Part shown: piece after piece, positions 32,559 to 36,604 of the stretch
Layout of the letters: the number at the start of each line of letters is the position of its first letter
Position numbering within the stretch: position 1 is the first letter of the stretch
From: a virus
Strand: one strand, 5' to 3'
Length of the DNA: 36,604 bases
IMG/VR virus record: IMGVR_UViG_3300027917_000012
Coordinates: 1-36,604 of that record
Translations under genes and position numbers: made by a program
The notes under the pieces: model-generated
Seen by the model: only the letters and a program-made list of their open reading frames with translations
The model's database searches: none
Told to the model about the DNA's origin: nothing

Positions 32559-32610
32559 CCAGAACATGGGGGGATGTGCCGAGGCACATGCTATATAGGA
32601 ATATGCTATC

Positions 32611-32666
32611 GGTGGGTTGGGTGTTTTGGTTTGTTGGTGTGTGTGGGGTGGGGTGTTTTGGTTGGG
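32611..32666 (+). other. 56-nt tract composed only of G and T (C/A on the minus strand), with an internal 13-nt direct repeat
   Basis: ggtgggttgggtgttttggtttgttggtgtgtgtggggtggggtgttttggttggg. GGGTGTTTTGGTT occurs at 32618-32630 and 32651-32663. Preceded by an AT-rich island and followed by the hairpin GGGACC...GGTCCC (32664-32683). Confidence 0.8.
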
Positions 32667-32894
32667 ACCGTGCCCTGGGTCCCTCCGTCAGTTTAGGTTG
32701 ATCGCCTGCCAACGTTCTGCGGTGTGTGTTGGCTGGTCGTGCCCGCCCCGTCCCAGGGGCCGTCGTTTCTCGGGCACGACTCGGAGGCCCTTCTGACGGG
32801 CGACGCTCACGCGTGCAAGGCGTGGCCCCAACGGTTGACCGGGTTGGGGTGCCGGTTGGTGTAGTGTAGCAGGTGACTAGTTGGAGGTTGTGTC

Positions 32895-33062
32895 GTGTTG
32901 GCGGATTTGTTGCGTAGGTGTGGTGTGCAGAAGCCTGAGAAGCTTGTCGAGGCGTGGAGAAAGGGCGAGTTTGATGATTTGGATTGGGGTGAGGGTTCTG
33001 ATGTCCCGGTTGAAGCGGAGTGTGATCTCGAAAATCCGGAGTCGTGTGAGTCGTGCCAGTAG
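32895..33062 (+). CDS. Candidate first rightward gene: 55-aa acidic protein with a C-terminal Cys cluster
   Basis: Not in the track. GGAGG 7 nt upstream of GTG 32895. MLADLLRRCGVQKPEKLVEAWRKGEFDDLDWGEGSDVPVEAECDLENPESCESCQ. More protein-like than the overlapping track ORF 32881..33123. Confidence 0.45.
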   Translation: MLADLLRRCGVQKPEKLVEAWRKGEFDDLDWGEGSDVPVEAECDLENPESCESCQ

Positions 33063-33126
33063 CGCATGTGCTGTGGCTGATCCTCACTTGTGTATTTGTG
33101 ACCTTTGCGATTGTAGGGAGTAGCTG

Positions 33127-33282
33127 ATGGCTGCGAAGAAGGGTTTGTACGCGAACATTCACGCGAAGCGGAAGCGGATCAAGGCTGGTTCTGGTGAGCG
33201 GATGCGGAAGCCTGGGTCGAAGGGCGCTCCGACGGCTGCTGCGTTCAAGCGTTCTGCGAAGACTGCGAAGAAGCGTCGCTGA
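33127..33282 (+). CDS. Small highly basic protein (51 aa)
   Basis: Not in the track. GGGAG RBS. MAAKKGLYANIHAKRKRIKAGSGERMRKPGSKGAPTAAAFKRSAKTAKKRR (18 of 51 residues K/R). TGATG coupling downstream. Confidence 0.6.
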   Translation: MAAKKGLYANIHAKRKRIKAGSGERMRKPGSKGAPTAAAFKRSAKTAKKRR

Positions 33283-33566
33283 TGCCGAAGAAGCCTGATT
33301 CTCGTTTGAAGCGTGTCGGCGTTTCTGGCTACAACAAGCCGAAGCGCACGCCGAACCATCCGACCAAGAGCCATGTTGTTGTGGCGAAGGAAGGCGATCG
33401 TGTTAAGACGATTCGATTCGGCCAGCAGGGCGTGTCTGGTGCGGGCAAGAACCCGAAGACGGCTGCTCAGAAGGCGCGTCGTAAGTCGTTCAAGGCTCGT
33501 CATGCGAAGAACATTGCGAAGGGCAAGATGTCTGCTGCTTATTGGGCGAACAAGGTGAAGTGGTGA
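33282..33566 (+). CDS. Small basic protein (94 aa) of a family I recognise from diverse phages and giant viruses; function unknown
   Basis: KPKRTPNHPTKSHVVVAKEGDRVKTIRFGQQG...RRKSFKARHAKNIAKGKMSAAYWANKVKW pattern. Confidence 0.65.
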   Translation: MPKKPDSRLKRVGVSGYNKPKRTPNHPTKSHVVVAKEGDRVKTIRFGQQGVSGAGKNPKTAAQKARRKSFKARHAKNIAKGKMSAAYWANKVKW

Positions 33567-33856
33567 TGGCTCCTCCAAGAATGCCTCGTAGCCAACTGTC
33601 CGAGTCGGCCAAGTATTATCGGGACAACCCGAAAGCTCGCCGTAAGAAGGCTGCGACGGACAAGAAGGTGAACGCTCGGCCTGAGCAGCGCCGTAAGCGC
33701 ACCGAGTTGTCGAAGGCTCGCAGGCAGGCGAAGAAGCGTGGCGTGGATCTGCGTGGCAAGGACATGTCGCACACGAAAGATGGTCGGATGGTGCCAGAGA
33801 ACTCGTCGCGTAACCGTGCCCGTCAGGGTTCTAACGGCAAGTCCACGAAGAAGTAG
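33566..33856 (+). CDS. Small basic protein (96 aa from MAPPRMPRS)
   Basis: TGATG coupling upstream. SAKYYRDNPKARRKKAATDKKVNARPEQRRKRTELSKARRQAKKRG. Confidence 0.6.
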   Translation: MAPPRMPRSQLSESAKYYRDNPKARRKKAATDKKVNARPEQRRKRTELSKARRQAKKRGVDLRGKDMSHTKDGRMVPENSSRNRARQGSNGKSTKK

Positions 33857-33858
33857 CC

Positions 33859-35826
33859 ATGCCGTCTGGCAAGCACACTACACCGGAGCAGTGGGTCCAA
33901 TATTTGCTGATGCGCCGTGGCGGCGAGTCAATGCGACAGTCCGCAATCAAAGCAGGCGTCAACTACCACTCGGCACGCGACAACGAATCAGGACGCACCT
34001 CAACCCGTTCCTGGCTGCAAGCCAAAGAACAAGTCGACAAAATCGGCGTATCAAAGATCCCTACCTATGAGCACCTCGACCCAGCCGCACAAGAAGCACA
34101 TGACAACATCGAAGCATTTGCACTCCGTTACTTCGGAATCATTCTCCAACCCTGGCAAATCGAAGCAACCGAAAAAGTAAACGAACTCCTCAACACGCCA
34201 CAAGAGGAATACATCGTCATCAACGCACCCCCCGGCTCCGGCAAATCCACGTTTTTTGCGAAAGTGCTTCCGGCGTGGGCGACCGTCCGCAACCGTGCCC
34301 TACGAGGCATGATCGGTTCCTCCACTCAACGCCTAGCCGAGTGGTACACACGGCGGCTGCGTGCCGAGTTCGAACGTGAGCACGTTGCCCGTGCCGAACT
34401 GAACGACCAGAAGATCGGTATCGCCGTAGATGCCGTCCGCACCATGCAACAGGACTTTGGTGCGTTCAAGCCTGATGCGAAGGAAATATGGAGAGCCGAA
34501 GCCTTCACCATTTTGCAGCCCGACGACCAGCCCCTGTCACAGAAAGAACCTACCTGGTCAGCGTTTGGCATGGACTCTGGCTTCCTTGGTGGCCGTTTTG
34601 ACCTCGTGATCTGGGACGACGTGTGGGATCCACGCAAGATGCGTAACTCCGAATCCCGCTCCGACATGTACCGCTGGTGGGACGAAGTAGCAGAAACCCG
34701 ACTCGAACCGGGCGGTCTGTTAGTGTTGAACGGCCAGCGCATGTCGTCTGACGACATCTACCGGTACGCACTAGATAAGAAGGCCCCGCTTGACGAGGAC
34801 GAAATGGACTCGGTGGGGGAGGGCATGGTGCCAGAGGAGAACTCTGGACAGGCTTCCTCCTTGCCTAGTGAAACACTCTCCCCCACTGAGGAATCCAAGT
34901 ACCATCATTTGAAGTACAAGGTTCATTACGAGGACCGGTGCGACAACGACCACAGCTTGAACGCAAAGCCGTACCCTGAAGGGTGTCTGCTGTATCCGCG
35001 TCGTTTGCCGTGGAAGAAGATCCGGCATATCAAGGCGCAGACTCCTGACCGGTACGAGATCCTGTACCAGCAGGAAGACGCCGACCCGTCATCGGTGCTC
35101 GTTGACCCGATCTGGGTGTCGGGTGGCGAAGGCCGTGACGGTGTGCATCATGTTGGTTGTTGGGACAGCGACCGTGACTTGTGGGAGCTTCCGCAGTATT
35201 TGCCGTCTGATCCTGTAATTCTTGCTTCAGCGGACCCCAGCCCGTCAAACTTTTGGGCATTGCAATGCTGGGCATACGTTGAGGAAACAGAGTACCGGTA
35301 TTTGTTGGAGTCGTACCGGCGCAAGATGGATGCGCCCTCGTTCTTGGATTGGAACCATGACACGCAATCTTTTACCGGCATCGCAGAGGAGTGGTGGCAG
35401 ATATCGAACGATATGGGGCACCCGATCCAGTATTGGATTGTTGAAGCGAACGCGGCGCAGAAATTCATCCTCCAGTACGACCACTTCCGCAGGTGGGCGT
35501 CGACGAGGGGCGTGGAGCTTGTGCCGCATTACACGCACTCGAAAAACAAGGGCGACCCGAAGTATGGGGTGCAGATGCTGGCCCCCTTGTACAAAGCCGG
35601 ACGTGTACGGTTGCCGGGGAAGCAGAGGACTGCCGCACGTCCACACTCGCTACTTTTGGTAAACGAGGTCACGAAGTGGAACCCTGAGGGCACTGGTTCC
35701 CGCACGGACGATTGTGTTATGGCACAATGGTTCATGGAGCACAATCTTGAAAAGATTTACACTCCATCTGTTGAGGCGGTGCGGCAGTGGCGACCGTCGT
35801 GGCTTTCTGGAGACGCGCGCATATGA
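33859..35826 (+). CDS. terL: Terminase large subunit (655 aa) with an N-terminal HTH-like extension
   Basis: Walker A VINAPPGSGKST, Walker B-like FDLVIWDDVWD, nuclease-like C-terminal half, and a portal gene immediately downstream. N-terminal ESMRQSAIKAGVNYHSARD looks like an HTH. Confidence 0.8.
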   Translation: MPSGKHTTPEQWVQYLLMRRGGESMRQSAIKAGVNYHSARDNESGRTSTRSWLQAKEQVDKIGVSKIPTYEHLDPAAQEAHDNIEAFALRYFGIILQPWQIEATEKVNELLNTPQEEYIVINAPPGSGKSTFFAKVLPAWATVRNRALRGMIGSSTQRLAEWYTRRLRAEFEREHVARAELNDQKIGIAVDAVRTMQQDFGAFKPDAKEIWRAEAFTILQPDDQPLSQKEPTWSAFGMDSGFLGGRFDLVIWDDVWDPRKMRNSESRSDMYRWWDEVAETRLEPGGLLVLNGQRMSSDDIYRYALDKKAPLDEDEMDSVGEGMVPEENSGQASSLPSETLSPTEESKYHHLKYKVHYEDRCDNDHSLNAKPYPEGCLLYPRRLPWKKIRHIKAQTPDRYEILYQQEDADPSSVLVDPIWVSGGEGRDGVHHVGCWDSDRDLWELPQYLPSDPVILASADPSPSNFWALQCWAYVEETEYRYLLESYRRKMDAPSFLDWNHDTQSFTGIAEEWWQISNDMGHPIQYWIVEANAAQKFILQYDHFRRWASTRGVELVPHYTHSKNKGDPKYGVQMLAPLYKAGRVRLPGKQRTAARPHSLLLVNEVTKWNPEGTGSRTDDCVMAQWFMEHNLEKIYTPSVEAVRQWRPSWLSGDARI

Positions 35827-36604
35827 AGTCCGCTGAAGACATCGTTGACCTGTATTACAGCCGTTCGCAGAATCATGCGGGCGTCAAGGCGCGTATGCGT
35901 CACATCCGTGACCATTACAACGGCGACGTTGTCGTGCCGCTACCGGAGATTGACACTACTGAGTCGGCTGCGGTCGCGAACCTTCTTGCTCAGGGTCTGG
36001 ATCAGACGGCGATGCGTGTTGCGTCGGTCCTGCCGGACATTGTGTGCCCGCCTGCCGACGACACCTCCAAGCAGGCGCGCAAGCACGCACAGATCCGCCG
36101 CAAGGCCATGTTTGGTTGGTGGCAGAACTCAACGCTTGATCTTCAGCTAGCAAAACGTGCTCGCCATTTGATCGGGTATTCGCAGACTGTGACGCAGTTG
36201 CGGTTCGATCCGAAGAAAGGCGTGCCGACATGGCATACCCGTGACCCGCTGACCGCCTACCCGTCGAACCTGCGGGGCGTGGACGACATGAACCCAGCCG
36301 ACTGCGTGTTCGGCTACGAACGCACCTACGGCTGGATGCAAACCTTCTACCCCGAAGCCGCGCTGCGGTTTGCTGGTGGCGTGAAGGACTCACCGTATGA
36401 GAAGGACGAACCGATCGAGATGATCGAGTACGTCGACCATATGGAAACGGTGCTGGTCGGGTTGCGCAACCCGCACACCCAGGGTTACGCCAGCGACGAC
36501 ACCAGCCCCGTCATCGTGGAACTGGAGCGTGTCCCGAACCTGATCGGACGCTGCCCCGTTGTCGTCTCCAACCGGATCTCGCTGGACGAGTCCCGAGGCC
36601 AGTT
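35823..36604 (+). CDS. Portal protein, N-terminal part (open to the window end; continues at 2-1069)
   Basis: ATG 35823 overlaps the TerL stop (ATATGA). I translated all 260 codons to the window end and found no stop. It is absent from the supplied track because there is no in-window stop. Confidence 0.75.
   Translation, partial: MKSAEDIVDLYYSRSQNHAGVKARMRHIRDHYNGDVVVPLPEIDTTESAAVANLLAQGLDQTAMRVASVLPDIVCPPADDTSKQARKHAQIRRKAMFGWWQNSTLDLQLAKRARHLIGYSQTVTQLRFDPKKGVPTWHTRDPLTAYPSNLRGVDDMNPADCVFGYERTYGWMQTFYPEAALRFAGGVKDSPYEKDEPIEMIEYVDHMETVLVGLRNPHTQGYASDDTSPVIVELERVPNLIGRCPVVVSNRISLDESRGQ
36506..36604. repeat. Terminal overlap, copy 2 (identical to 1-99)
   Basis: Exact 99-nt identity with the window start. 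Confidence 0.95.

Noticed and set aside
32385-33162. Track ORFs 32385..32696 (+), 32518..33162 (-) and 32881..33123 (+) in the control region
   Set aside because: Their composition looks like noise (Cys/Arg/Val/Gly or Thr/Pro/His runs). They run across the operator arrays and the pure G/T tract and have no RBS. For the last one, a better-supported ORF exists in another frame (32895-33062).
1-36604. Search for tRNA genes, integrase or recombinase, partition genes, CI-like repressor, DNA methyltransferase and toxin-antitoxin pairs
   Set aside because: None was recognised by eye. There are no cloverleaf-compatible GTTCGAATC-type T-arm regions in the intergenic DNA and no Tyr/Ser recombinase motifs. 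The RHH protein has no adjacent toxin-like partner. Absence should be confirmed with tRNAscan and HMM searches.

Overview
This window is one complete, circularly closed dsDNA phage genome. The unit length is 36,505 bp, because bases 1-99 are identical to 36506-36604 and the portal gene reads in-frame across that junction. A WhiB-family gene, Thr/Pro-rich linkers, a lipoprotein signal and moderately high GC point to an actinobacterial host. I found no tape-measure or tail-tube genes, so the phage looks podovirus-like.

Layout:
- Rightward late operon (about 32.9 kb, through the junction, to 20.2 kb): three tiny basic proteins, TerL, portal, about 10 kb of large helical proteins including an 1846-aa giant, scaffold, HK97/N4-gp56-like capsid, a tail-fibre module with tandem coding repeats, two large tail proteins and a DEDDy exonuclease.
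- An inverted two-gene cassette (20237-20759).
- A secreted poly-Thr protein followed by two holin-like proteins and an M15 endolysin (20776-23040), ending in a bidirectional terminator.
- Leftward early and middle operons (32106 to 23148): small Cys/His-rich proteins, DnaA-domain-IV-like protein, WhiB, Cas4-like exonuclease, Rad52-like annealase, SSB, Xis-like HTH, RHH, wHTH initiator-like protein and a lipoprotein transglycosylase.
- I saw no integrase, CI-like repressor, DNA polymerase, helicase, tRNA or CRISPR array.

Most notable finding: two phased arrays of CGAAC-N4-GTTCG palindromes, the LexA/SOS-box core of Gram-positive and actinobacterial bacteria. They sit in the two regulatory regions that bracket the GC-rich early module, which suggests host-LexA gating of phage transcription.

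All homology statements come from motif recognition by eye. No database search was run.
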